Shown here piece after piece: positions 29,637-42,020 of a stretch of DNA of 63,138 nt (its first letter is position 1; every line of letters begins with the position of its first letter). The DNA is from Bigelowiella natans CCMP2755. Its lineage: Eukaryota; Protista; Cercozoa. The notes beneath the pieces were generated by a model that did no database searches, was not told where the DNA came from, and saw only the letters and a list, made by a program, of their open reading frames with translations. The stretch is taken from assembly GCA_000320545.1 (NCBI GenBank), contig ADNK01003183.1:1-63138 (forward strand), in the 5' to 3' direction. Made by a program: the position numbers and the translations under genes.

Positions 29637-30632
29637 TCAGTACCTTATCTGCAAACACTCTACGTTTTTACCAGCAATTCCACCATTTCCCCCAACAGCA
29701 AACAGCTTCCCATCCCCAACCGCAACACCATGATCATCTCTCGCCACAGTCATATCTGCAACCCTCTTCCACCCTGCCCCAACGTTCTTCAAATCCAGAT
29801 ACTCCACGGTCTTCAGAGAACCACCATTATACCCCCCAACAGCAAACAGCTTCCCATCCCCAACCGCAACACCATGCCAATGCCTCTTCACAGTCATGCC
29901 TGCAACCCTCTTCCACCCCGCCCCAAGATTCTTCAAATCAAGATACTCCACGGAATTCAGACCATTGCTACCATCATACCCCCCAACAGCAAACAGCTTC
30001 CCATCCCCAACCGCAACACCAAGACTTCTTCTCGCCACAGTCATATCTGCAACCCTCTTCCACCCTGCCCCAACATTTTTCAAATCCAGACACTCCACGG
30101 TCTTCAGAGAACCACCATTATACCCCCCAACAGCAAACAGCTTCCCATCCCCAACCGCAACACCATGCCAATGCCTCTTCACAGTCATGCCTGCAACCCT
30201 CTTCCACCCCGCCCCAAGATTCTTCAAATCCAGATACTCCACAGTGTTTAGAAATATTTTACGACCAACTCTCCGTTCGATATCTTTTTTAAGTGTTATC
30301 CCCCCTACAGCAAACAACTTCCCATCACCAACCGCAACACCAAGACTTCTTCTCGTCACAGTCGTACGTGCAACCCTCTTCCACTCCGCCCCAGCATTCT
30401 TCAAATCCAGACACTCCACAATTTTTGTATCAAGCCCTCCGACAGCAAACAGCTTCCCATTCCCAACCGCAACAGAGAAACAATCCCTCATCATAGTCAT
30501 ATCTGCAACCCTCTCCCACTTATCGCACTCAAATTCGTAGTCCAGTACAGTTTTCACAATGCTCTGAAGGCGAGATACTTCTTCAGGAAGTCCTGATGAA
30601 ACAATGTTCTTCCTTTTGTCGTGATAAGACAT
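29637..30632 (-). CDS. Intronless six-bladed kelch-repeat protein (first ATG at 30632, ~331 aa)
   Basis: Six repeats of GVAVGDGKLFAVGG...VE(Y/C)LD...W.RVA.M, with a near-identical 291-bp internal DNA duplication. Confidence 0.9.
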   Translation of the reverse strand: MSYHDKRKNIVSSGLPEEVSRLQSIVKTVLDYEFECDKWERVADMTMMRDCFSVAVGNGKLFAVGGLDTKIVECLDLKNAGAEWKRVARTTVTRRSLGVAVGDGKLFAVGGITLKKDIERRVGRKIFLNTVEYLDLKNLGAGWKRVAGMTVKRHWHGVAVGDGKLFAVGGYNGGSLKTVECLDLKNVGAGWKRVADMTVARRSLGVAVGDGKLFAVGGYDGSNGLNSVEYLDLKNLGAGWKRVAGMTVKRHWHGVAVGDGKLFAVGGYNGGSLKTVEYLDLKNVGAGWKRVADMTVARDDHGVAVGDGKLFAVGGNGGIAGKNVECLQIRY

Positions 30633-30789
30633 TGTGGGCTCTACAGCCTCAAGTGCAGTCCTCTTTCTCTTGTGGAACCTTTGCACCGTCAAAAGCTGAC
30701 CCTGAAGTCACAGTAGCGCCTGGGTTCGTGTGTCGCCCCACTTCACTCTGGTGCTTGATGGTCTTCGGATTCGGACTCTTTTCAATTTT

Positions 30790-30935
30790 TCGGGAATCCC
30801 AGCAGGGAATCCCCCGGACAGACCTTCGGACACATCTCCGGACAGTCTCAGGAGACAGACCTTCGGACACCTTCGGACGCGTCGGACAGACTCATGGGAA
30901 TCCCCCGCGGGGGAATCTTCGGGAATGGTCTAATG
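30790..30935. repeat. Short-motif array (CGGACA at ~10-13-bp spacing; GGGAATC repeats) with palindrome TCCCCCGCGGGGGA
   Basis: Read directly from 30790-30930, between the divergent kelch and membrane-protein genes. Confidence 0.7.
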
Positions 30936-31376
30936 TGGACTAATAATAATACATGTAGGGCCTAAATCAAGATAATCGCCTGCCTGGTACATGTAGTACA
31001 TGCTGCAGTTGGGCGCTCCACATCGTAAAATTCGGCTACAAAGCGCATCAGCGACAACGATTTTCTTCCGTCGCATGATCGAAGCTGAATCGAAGTTGTG
31101 TTTCTGGGTGCTCCGAGTTTTCTTTGCTCGGCATACTCCGAGGCAAAAATGTAGAAACGGCCTACATTACCTCCCGGAATCATGCGAACTGACACAATTT
31201 AGAGGCGAAATCTCGATAAAGGGCCGGACGAAGGAGAAGAGTCGAGAGTCGTTGAATGCGTGGCAACTCCAAGATCAGGAAAAGTTCCGATTCGCGCAAA
31301 CTCCCACGCTACTACGCTCGCTGCCTTCAGAACTCAAGAGAATCAGTTCCCCTCAACGAACAATTCCACAGAAACC

Positions 31377-32714
31377 ATGAAGGCTGAAGAGAGCAAGATC
31401 GAAATGGGTAGCGTTGGCCGCCAGAGTAAACTAGACTTTATGGGCGGATCAGCTGATTCCGCGTCCAAGATAAAGATGAACACATTTAGAGCGGCAGCGA
31501 CAGTTGGTCTGTCCTCTGCAGCTCTTGCAGGCGAAGCGATTTTCGTAAGCACCCACACTAACGCACAAAAGAGCTGTGACAGTTACGTTGCAATATTTTT
31601 GTATATGAAATCCCCACTAAAAAATTTCTTCTGATATCTCCACAGCAATTCGTCTCCTCCAACGTTGACCAGCCTACTGACGACTTGTATGGAGATTCCA
31701 AGATCTTCTCCCCTGGTCTTAAATACACTGCTTACGCTTTCGAGACGGAAGTGTTCACCTTCGGTCTCCTAGTCGCCATCTTCTCCATTTCCTATGACCT
31801 ACAAGTTCCTGAGATCACAAGAGCAACTGCTTGGCTGTGTACGGGGCTTTCTATCTTCTTCTGGATCGTCATCCACATCGCAGAACCGGTAATTATGAAG
31901 TAGTAGTATTGAATACGGCACCAAAATGGCAAATGTAATAAATTCCCTGCCTACCTCGTATTTACACGCCGCTTGAAAGAGCTTTCTAATCGTTGCGCTA
32001 CACGTCTAAACACAGTCTTTCAACTGGGACAACGATGTGGTTGGCATCCCTGTAGCTCCAGCAGGTGGATGGGACACTGAGTTTCGTCGGGAAGTAAACT
32101 TCTGGATGGGGTTCGTCGTCCCTAACGCTTGCGTCTCGGCCATGGCTCTTTGCTGGCAGAACATGGCACTCTTCAATCTCTACAGGTGCCAAACCGATGA
32201 GCACGCAAACCGGGACCCTGCCCCAAACGCTCTCCGTTATGGATGGTTCTCCTTTTTGGTGTTCTGGGTCGGGGTGGGAATTCTCACCGTAGCTGGCTGG
32301 ACGCGGACGGAAGAAGGGCCTTATCGCCTCGATTCCCCCGTCGTCTACCCTCCTACCGTCATTGTGTACGCTCCAGTTGCGATCATCTCCGGCCTCGCAG
32401 TCGTCGCGTACGGATTGACGAACATGCTCTACGCCGCATATCTGTACACCGTTCAGGAGGAAATCTGGCTCGTAACTGCCTTCTTCCAGCTTCTGAGCGT
32501 TATTGCCTGGTGCTGGCTGCTGGGATTCCATGTGATGATGCAGATCGGACTCACGTTTCCCCTCCTTGCACACCTCGCTTCGGCGTCGCAGCTCAGTACG
32601 CTCTTCTGCTCATTCCTGTCGTGTTTGGCCCTGTGTACTATATGGGTTTCACGGTTGGCGCTCTCAACAAGGAGAAGTAAGCGCAGTGATACGCTGTATT
32701 GTACGCTCAAGTAG
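31377..32714 (+). CDS. Multipass membrane protein of unknown function (exons 31377-31544, 31646-31888, 32016-32714; ~369 aa)
   Basis: Two phase-0 GT-AG introns join three open frames, and the product has many hydrophobic segments. Confidence 0.75.
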
Positions 32715-33811
32715 AATTGTTTGCCTCTACGCTACCACCCAGGCCCCTAGGACAGTCAACAGAGACTGAGAGGCTAAGAGGACGGGGGGTGGGGGGGGGG
32801 CAACTTTATGTGCAAGATGCTACCCAAAAAAGAAAAGTGAAGAAAGAAATTTACATCTACGTTCTTGAAAACCTAATCGAACCTGAAAGGCTCCATTAAA
32901 GTTCTTATCAAGGATCTCCCTTTAATCCCTGCGTTAGTCATAAAATCAAAACATCATACATTTAAAATTAGAAGGATTGTATCGTACGCTGATGGTGTCA
33001 TTGAGCGTTTAGATATTGTCTCCCAGCTACAGGATTGCGAGGAATCGGATCGATCCAATTTTGTTCAGCCCTAATGTTTGAATTTAAAAAGAAATCATAC
33101 AAAACATCTTACAGTTTTGCCACAGCAATGCTAATTTATTCGTACGCGAGCCTTTTAGCGCAATGTTCGACAATGCATGAAGTCGGTAGCCACGCAACTA
33201 TAACAGCAATACAATGATGATGAGCGACTAGATACTGTCGCAACTCGTTCAGGCCGGCGGCGCGCTGAATCATTGTGCATCGCTAGATCGTGCACATAAA
33301 GTAGGATAATGATTCATGCATGACATGTGTCACAATGGACGCAATGCATATGTGTACATGTCTAGACCAACATGCTGGCACACGATGAATTTTCATGTTT
33401 ATCTAGTTCTAGTTGTGCACATGTGCGAGTGTCGCAACGTGCGACACTAAACGAATGTCGTAGGCGCTAGCTAGCTAGTTCTAGAGTAAGATAATGTGTC
33501 ATCGCGTGCACTGATCAAGCATGTCCTCGTAATAAATGCGTTTGCATGCCAGCGATTGCGCGCAGGCAAATTGTGTGACGATGAACAACATGCTAGAGTG
33601 CCGATTTGAACCGCCGCCACGCGCCAAATCAGCGCATGCGCTTTTAAATTGCCACAAAAGGCACACACGCAACTACAACAGCCTGTGATCACGCAAGCTT
33701 GCATGCACACTTCGGAATTGTAGGTCGGATGCTGCTGCTACTACATGCTAGCATGGACAGAATGACGCTTGAGTACGCATGAACATAGTTCATGTATGTG
33801 CACGTGTAAGC

Positions 33812-34345
33812 CTAATCAAATAGACGGAAAGGTGCGGGAAGCAACTGTTCTCCGTCACTTTCACCACTTCCTTTCGCAATCTGTGCGGTAGTAGTAGTAG
33901 TAGTAGTAGTAGTAGAAGTACTACTGCCCAGACGGCCACTCTTGAGCCTTTCTATCTCCTCTTGTAATCGAGCAACTTCCGACTAAAGAGGTATTAGTAG
34001 TAGCAGCAGCAGCAACAACAGCAACAACAAAGAACTTGATTATGCAAATTGCTGTACCGGACAACTGCATCCCAGTGTTATTTGGCAAGACTTTCCGTGT
34101 AATTTCGAAAATACAATCGCAGCAAAGCATGACCTCAAAACGTAAGATCAAACCTGGTGTTTGGCGGTGTCCGTCTCCATCTTCGTCTCCATTGCTAGCA
34201 GCTGTGCTGCTAACTGATCGGTGTCATGAGTAGGCTTGTTTTGCTCATTTTGGTAATACCTAGGGGCGGTGTAGAAAGTCGCAGTAATCATCACGATGAC
34301 TTCTCCATTTTGGATTTGATCAAACGGGCACACAACATATGAACT

Positions 34346-34383
<38 letters not shown>

Positions 34384-35216
34384 AGCACACACGCGCGCGC
34401 GTTTATATCATAACATGATGAGTTTCTGTCGAGAGATCATCCTCTCGGTGAAATGATGTTGTCCCATCAACACCATCACCGTCGTCGTGCTAACATGCTG
34501 CAATCAATGGTATTATCTGCTCACACACGCACGCACGCACACATGCGGTCATTACATGTCCCATTCATTCAGCGCTTCGTCCTAACAACACACACAACAC
34601 ACACAATAAGGGCAGAAAAGACTGAATCAAGAAAGGAATAAACTCGGGGGTAAAACAGCAGAGGAAATGCATAAATCTGAGACGTTATTATCCGCCTCTC
34701 ATCATCATCATCATTCTCATCATAATCTCTTAATCGCCCACACAATGCTACCCTCTTCTTGCATGCTGCCTAAGCTGCTGCAACGTCCCTCCTCCTCCTC
34801 CTCCTCCTCCTCCTCCTCTCTTTGCATCGTCTCACATACCTTCTCGGCATTCATACGTCTGAGCTCCTCGTTTTCCTTGTTCAATCTCGATATTTCAATA
34901 GCTTGTGCTTCCGACTGGTGTTAGTTGGTGATGGTGAGTCATCTTGCTCCGGGAATAGACAGGGAGAGAGAGAGAGATGCGATCTACTTCTGATGATTCT
35001 TACCACTTCTTTGAGCGTCTCCAACATCTCTTCCACATTGCTGTTAGCGAGCATCTTTTTCTACGAGCAAAGAAAGAGCCAAACCGCTCATTAAACGGGT
35101 CCGGGGAGATGTACGTGACGGTAGCACCGCATAATGCACGAAGGGCCCCGCAGTAAGAAATAGAAACAGGAGCAACGGCAGCCAGATGGAATTTGTTCAG
35201 AGAAAAGGACGGACGC

Positions 35217-35297
<81 letters not shown>

Positions 35298-35670
35298 ATA
35301 TAACAGTATGTTTTGAGTAGAATATCGATTTCACTGCCGTCCTTTTGCCTCTGCACACGTTTTTTGTTTGTTCGAAGAGAAAAAAGCACACACGCACACA
35401 CGCACACACGCACGCACACACACACACACACACACACACCTTGGAGTTTTGTGCGGCGGAGAACTTGTCGGCAAACGAGGTTGATCTCTTGACAAAGGTC
35501 TTTGTTTCTGTAGCAGACGATGATAGGACAATTACTACGGCATTAGCATCGATAGGTTTCAAGGCGTATTTCTCTCGAAAGCATGGAAGATGAACCGACG
35601 ATGGGGAAATGCAGGTGATGATAGGCCGTTTGCATGGAACAACTGCCAGTGTGACATGTTAAATCTATTG

Positions 35671-35708
<38 letters not shown>

Positions 35709-35881
35709 ATGGGATATAAATATATATATATATATTTATATATATATATATTTCTATATATATTGACCAAATGCCCGGGAGGTAGGCCTCCTGATTCCTA
35801 AGAACCAAATAGAGCGGATAATAGCAGTTAATCATCACTGAAGTCATCTTCATTGGAATTCCGCCTTGCACGTAAAGCACA

Positions 35882-35920
<39 letters not shown>

Positions 35921-36286
35921 TCTGACCACTTGGACGCCTCATCCCACTAGGTAGATCTTCGGTCTAAAAATGGATTTAGAAAGAAAAGGTCATTTTAATG
36001 ATAATAATAACAATACCCAACCACCAAAATTCAAACACGCTTTTGTCATTGATGACACCTCCCTCCTCCTTCCTCACTCCTCATCAGAAGAAGAAGATAA
36101 GCTTATCACCGCTTGAGGAAAATAGCAGATAGCTCGCATTGTTACACTGTGACTACCTTCTGAGAGGCGGCGATAACTCTCCTGATGTGTGTAAACTCAT
36201 CGAGGGATATCTGGCCTTTTTGTAGCTTCTCGCAAATGACCTTTGCATAGCCAGGAACATATATGTAAATATGCATGTATGCGTGT

Positions 36287-36326
<40 letters not shown>

Positions 36327-37491
36327 TATCGATTAAACGGTAAATCATCCTCGTAATCATATACATATATGTATATATATATATATATATATGTACATAT
36401 TAGGCTGCGCACCTGATTCATCTCTTTTGGCATCTGCAGGTAACACCGTACGATAGAAGCAATGTAGCAGGGAGGAGTGGGTGGTGGGGCGGGGGAGACG
36501 GTGAAACAGGGCAAATCGTTAGATTGAGAACGATATATCGTAGAGATATTAGACTCAGCTTAATGATACAATCCCTCAGAGGACTTCAGTTTCAAACAGA
36601 ATACAATTAATTGTAACTCTCATTATTCTTCTTCTTCTTCCTCCTCCTCCTTTATCCTCCTCCTCCTCACCGTGGCTTTAGAGGACTTGAGAATCACGCG
36701 CATCAGCTGGTCTATCCTTGCTTTTTTCTCCCGGATTTCCTGCAGTCGTTGAGCGTTTTGTTAGTTAAAGGCGCGAGAAGACTTGAGAGCGTTTGTGCTG
36801 GTGTGAGGAGGGCCGCGCATTGGTAGTAATGCTACTGTGTTCTCTATTGACGTTAGATATATCGTGTTTTTACGGTGATACTTACGCTTTGCTTATCCGA
36901 GGGAGTGTCTCCATCTTGCGTGTGGTGAGAGAGCATGAGAGCGCATAGGAACGACGATGAGAGGGGAGGAGGGGGGGGGGGAGATCGAATGACGTTAAGT
37001 AGCGAAGGAGCACGAATACTCACTATTTGGAAAGGGAAGAGGAGGTATTATTCTATCACTTGTCGTGACCATCAGCTACTCGAATTGTTTCCAATCTTTG
37101 GTGATTATCTTCTTATTCTTTCATGCCAATTCAAACTGGGGATGGGGGGGGCGCACCTGTTTTGGCACCATGAATCGTGTGTGTCTTTCCAGCAGACGTC
37201 TGTCCGTAGGCGAAGAGACAACCTATAGCGAAACGACGGAGCATGCATGGACGAGTAAGCATTGGGAGAGCAGCAGGAGAACAAGGATAGAGTAGGAAGG
37301 AGGGGGGGGGGGGATTTTTTGTTATGAGGGGGGAGAGAGAGAGAGAGAGCGCGCGAAAGGTTTATCAACTCATTGACCAAACATTGGACTCGTTGTGTTG
37401 TGTGTGTACGCAGTCTCACCGTGGTAGCCTTTCATCACGAAGTCAACCACTTTCTGTATTCAATACAACCCCATAGAATCAATCAGCAATT

Positions 37492-37533
<42 letters not shown>

Positions 37534-38504
37534 TAGTAAATATTGAGGGATGAACCCCCATCTATCTTACACCAATATGCGACGATGGTAGCTTAATCCC
37601 AAAGGTGAAACAGCAGCAGCAGAAGAAGAAGAAGATCATGTGCTATGACTCAGTGTACCGTGCCAACATAGTCATGGATATCTTCGTTGTTCTCTTCCGG
37701 CAAGAATATCTTATCGAATCGGAAATTCATTGCCTGGTATATTTGCGATTGTAATTCAGTTCTAGCGCTTTGAAATTCTCAGAAGGATGAAAAGCGGGAG
37801 TTGAATAGACGTCACTACAATTTTTTCCCGCCCCCTTCCACCCTTGTTCTCCATGAAACAGACACAAAGCTCGCACTCAACTCAACCTCCTTCTTTTTGC
37901 TCTTCCGCTTCGATTCTCTGTGATGATCCAATGGATAGAAAAAAAAAACTATTAGCGATCTTGCTCGCAGGATAGTCAGGCAGCGCAGCGCAGAATTTGC
38001 AGTGTAAGAAAACGACACGATTGGCTGCTGTTTCGGGCGGTAAATGATCGAAGGGATTTCTACAACGCTACAAAATCCATTCATTGAAAATTATTGGGTG
38101 GTGTATTGATGCGCTCATTACTTGTCCTTATCCCATGGAATGTATGTTTGGAAGATTTCATCGTTGCCGTAGGACCAGGCTGGGGTATGTGTCGGGGAGT
38201 ACGGGGGGGCGGGGCGGGGGGATTAATGGAAGCATACCCCATGGCAAAGATTAGTGGTGATACTCTCAAACTGATTTTATTCATGATTATACAACAATAT
38301 CTAATGCACATGCATAAAATACAGGTTACCGTCAACTTGCTTCGTTCGTTTCTCCAAAGCATTCAGCGGCCTCACCCTAACGCACACGTTTACCCTAACG
38401 TTTTGTGAGGTCGGCTGCGGAGAGCTAATATCACGTTTCCCCAGGGACGATCTCGGCGTTCGAGGAACTGAACCTTTCGAAGAGCTAACGACATAATCAT
38501 CCAT
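33812..38504 (-). CDS. Kinesin-family protein (kinesin-7/CENP-E-like) with an apparently incomplete motor and a coiled-coil tail
   Basis: VNVCVRVRPLN, FRFDKIF, VVDFVMKGYHG and the P-loop CLFAYGQTSAGKTHT, followed by KARIDQLMRVILKSS and coiled-coil exons. No SSRSH or DLAGSE exon was found. Confidence 0.7.
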
Positions 38505-39468
38505 AAATTAGCTCAAACACCTTCGATATTACTGTGTTGGGTTGACTAGAGTGCTGCCCCACCTCCTTGACATGGCTGATTTCTTCTCTTCGTTAACGCG
38601 CGCCCGTCTTGATTCCCCGAGCACTTCCGGAGCCCACTAAAGTCGTAAGTGTCTCCCCCCCCCCCTCCCTTTGCCTTCGACCACTTCTACCGGCCAGAGG
38701 AGTTTCCGAGAGCGTTGATATGCAAGGAGTGACGTTCCTGTGTGTAAGTTGTTTAGCTTGAGCGGAAATAAAGATCCCATGTTCGTAAAAACCTTTCGCA
38801 ATTTCCCTCCCCTATTCACTCTTCTGCGCTTCATTATTTTTGCGAGGGTTTGCTAAGCTCATAACCTACTGCGTATACCTATGCCGGCCCCCCAATGTGC
38901 CTACCTTCTGACCGTGATAGGGTTACGATGATCTGCGAACGTCGGTCTACGAGATGAGAACGCGACATCAGATAAATGGGAAATTTTGAATATTTTGCCC
39001 TCAGCTTGATGCATTTTTCTCCTGTACCCGGTACTGGCCGGTACTGCATCCAGGAACGTTGCATGCTGCATCTCCATTTCTCCATTGTGCGTCTCAACGG
39101 AAATCAAGGAAATCCTCAGAAATGGCATGCTTTTTTTTAGGGAGACTTTGTAACGTCTTCGAGCGGCGAGAAAATGCTGCGTGTATATGCCGTTCTATAG
39201 GTGCGACATGGTATATTTACGCTTTCCCTTTGTTATCTCCATGTCATCTCGGTGACCGGTACACGCTCCGAAATCAACGTGCCTGATCACATAGTTCAGA
39301 CCCCTGCCGCCGGAAGAAGCGAAGAGAGCATTGGGGTGCAACCACGCACACACACGAACACATGAAGAAAAGAATGAGGAGATCAGATTGGGGACCTTGC
39401 GAATTGTGGTCTAATGTGATGCTGCTGCTGCGACTCGGTTGAATTCGAAACGTGCTGTGCTGTAGGGT

Positions 39469-42020
39469 ATGGCTGAAGAGAAGCAGCTCACGGCGAAGGC
39501 TTGGGCAGTTGAGGATGGAAAGGTACCGTGAGCCCTTATTCGACATGATTAAAGAATGAAGCTCCCTAGAATTATGTCGGGGTTCGAATGGTATTCCCCG
39601 CTTGTGACTTAATATCCTCTTTGAATAGCTCGGAATGCTGACACAGAAGGACGTCAGCCTTCCTCCGCTCAAGCCGCAGGATGTGGAGGTCAAGATTATC
39701 TGCTCTGGTGTATGCAGCAGCGACCTCGCGGCCGTTCACGGCAAGTTCCCCAAAGCGGCATATCCTTTTCCTATATTTCCTGGCCACGAGGGAGTCGGTG
39801 TTGTTACGGAGGTTGGTTCCGAAGTGAAGCACGTTGCAAAGGGCGATCGTGTGGGCCTCGGCGTCTATCGCTACGGTGCTTCTTGCCGCACTCTCTTTGA
39901 AGATGACAAGTTTACATTGAGACTTCTCTTTAAAAAAAAGGGGGAAAGCTGATATTTGAGAAAAATATTGGATTTGTAATGCGTCTCCTTGTTCTCTCTC
40001 TCTCTCTCTCTCTCTCTCCCTCTCTCTCTCCAATCTCTAGACTGTCACCATGTAACATTTACTACCTTGCGAAGATGCATGGATCGGATTGTGATTGCTC
40101 AATGATGTATGTTAAGGTTGCAAGGCGTGCATCGCATGTACGAATGGCAAAGATAACTTGTGCCCATCCAAGGCAAGAGAAAACACACAACACCGGAATC
40201 CCCTTCTCTTCCTTTCTTCGACGTATAAAATTACATATAGAATATAACAGGCACAAAAAGTGCCAAAGAAGGGAGAGATTTGGTGAATATATACAGTATA
40301 TGTTCTTCTAGGTTTTGATGTATATGTTGAACAATGTTGGCTCTTTCTCCACGCACTGCCGAATCAGCTCTCAATACGCTTTCAAGGTCTTCAAAACCTG
40401 TCACAACCAACGCCATCATTCATCTCCACTATCTTATCAGAAACCATCATCATTATCATCATCGTCATCATAATCATCATCAGATTCCAGATTCAATTGA
40501 GTCTGAGCACGCAGGGCCTTTGATGTGTGCTGGATTAACGACGTTTGCGCCCTTCATCGAGCATGATATAGAACCGGGATCCAAGGTCACAACGCAGACT
40601 GAGGAAGGGGCCGGAGAGGAAAACAAACAAGAAAGAAAGAGCGGGGGGGGGGGGAGGGAGAATAAGATGAAAGCAACATGTGTTGATTCAATTCCACGGT
40701 TCATTTGTTTGTTATTCTCCCGTGCAGATTGGTATTGTAGGCATCGGAGGCTTAGGACATCTTTCCATACAATTCGCTAGCAAATGGGGATGCGAGGTAT
40801 TATTGTGCAACAGCACCATCATTGAAATGTGTTCTGCATTACTCATTTACATCGTTCTCACTCCTGAGTAGGTGTTTGCTCTGAGCGGTTCCAAGCACAA
40901 GGAAGACAGTGTCAAGAAGCTCGGGGCGCATCATTTCGTCAACACGAGAATAGACGGAGCTCTTAAGAAGGTGCGGAGAACCTTGATAGAGAACACTATA
41001 CAAACGACCACAGAGTGGGAGAGAGGGAGAGGGAGCTGGAAATAGAGTAATCTGAGAACAATGAATCGTCACTTTTTGCGTCATTCTAATCCGTTTCGAG
41101 CAAGGACTTCATGCCTCTCTCACGAAGATATTGTGGTAAACTCATCCTATTCTTCGTACAGCTTACGGGAAAGCTGGATTATATAATGATGACCGCGAGC
41201 GGTCCAAAGGTCGACTGGGCGGGCATGATTAATGCCCTTGCTCCTGGAGGTGTGCACGAGTGTTTTCTGTGTCAAAAGCCGCTACTGCACAGTGCTACCT
41301 GTTTTTTTTGTTGTCATCACTTATGAACCGCCTTTTCTAATTCCGCAGGAAAGTTAATTCTAATGGGAATCAACGCGCCAACACCAGTATTAAATTAGAT
41401 ATTTTGCAGTAAATGTACAAATTTAAGATGAAGATTATGTAAGAGGTATGTGGATAATGCTGTCAAAAGGACTAACTGGTAGCAACCATATAGTTAGGCT
41501 TTGCTGGAAAGACATTAATCCGTTCGGCTCATGATTTTTTTGTCGATACAACATGCATTGCGCCATTGAAAACACTGTTGCCCTCTCAGGTCCCTATTCC
41601 ACTGCTGTCGCTTATCCTGGGACAACGTGCCATCGTCGGCAGCGCAGCTGGATCTTCCGGGGTAGCTACGACTTCTGTTCTGAATACCTCAACAGAATGA
41701 AGAAATGAATCGCAATGAGCTTCTATTTTTCCTGCCTGTATTCGATCATGCAGGTCGCTACGAAGATGCTAAAGTTCGCCGCCTTCCACGGCATCAAGCC
41801 GATGGTGGAGAAATTTCCTTTCAAGGAAATCAACGAAGTTATCAAAAAGGTAGTATCAGATCTCCGGAGTTCTCGGAATTAAGCATTTTCCGCAAATCAC
41901 GAGTCACTATTCAACATGCCCGCGTAGGTTGCCGCGGGAAAAGTCATGTACCGCGCAGTTTGTGTCCATGAAGGCAATGACTCCCAGGCCGTGGAAGCTG
42001 ACGAGAAGAATGACAGTTGA
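39469..42020 (+). CDS. Zn-dependent alcohol dehydrogenase/aldehyde reductase (MDR superfamily, CAD/Ahr-like)
   Basis: GVCSSD, PGHEGVG, structural-Zn CKACIAC...[20 protein letters not shown] and the C-terminal GKVMYRAV. One GC-AG intron is inferred at 40173. Confidence 0.92.

Noticed and set aside
29576-30540. Long plus-strand repetitive ORFs (238, 173 and 214 aa)
   Set aside because: Antisense shadows of the kelch repeats.
30790-30935. CRISPR-like array
   Set aside because: Units are only ~6-13 bp, there are no unique 25-45-nt spacers or cas genes, and the context is eukaryotic.
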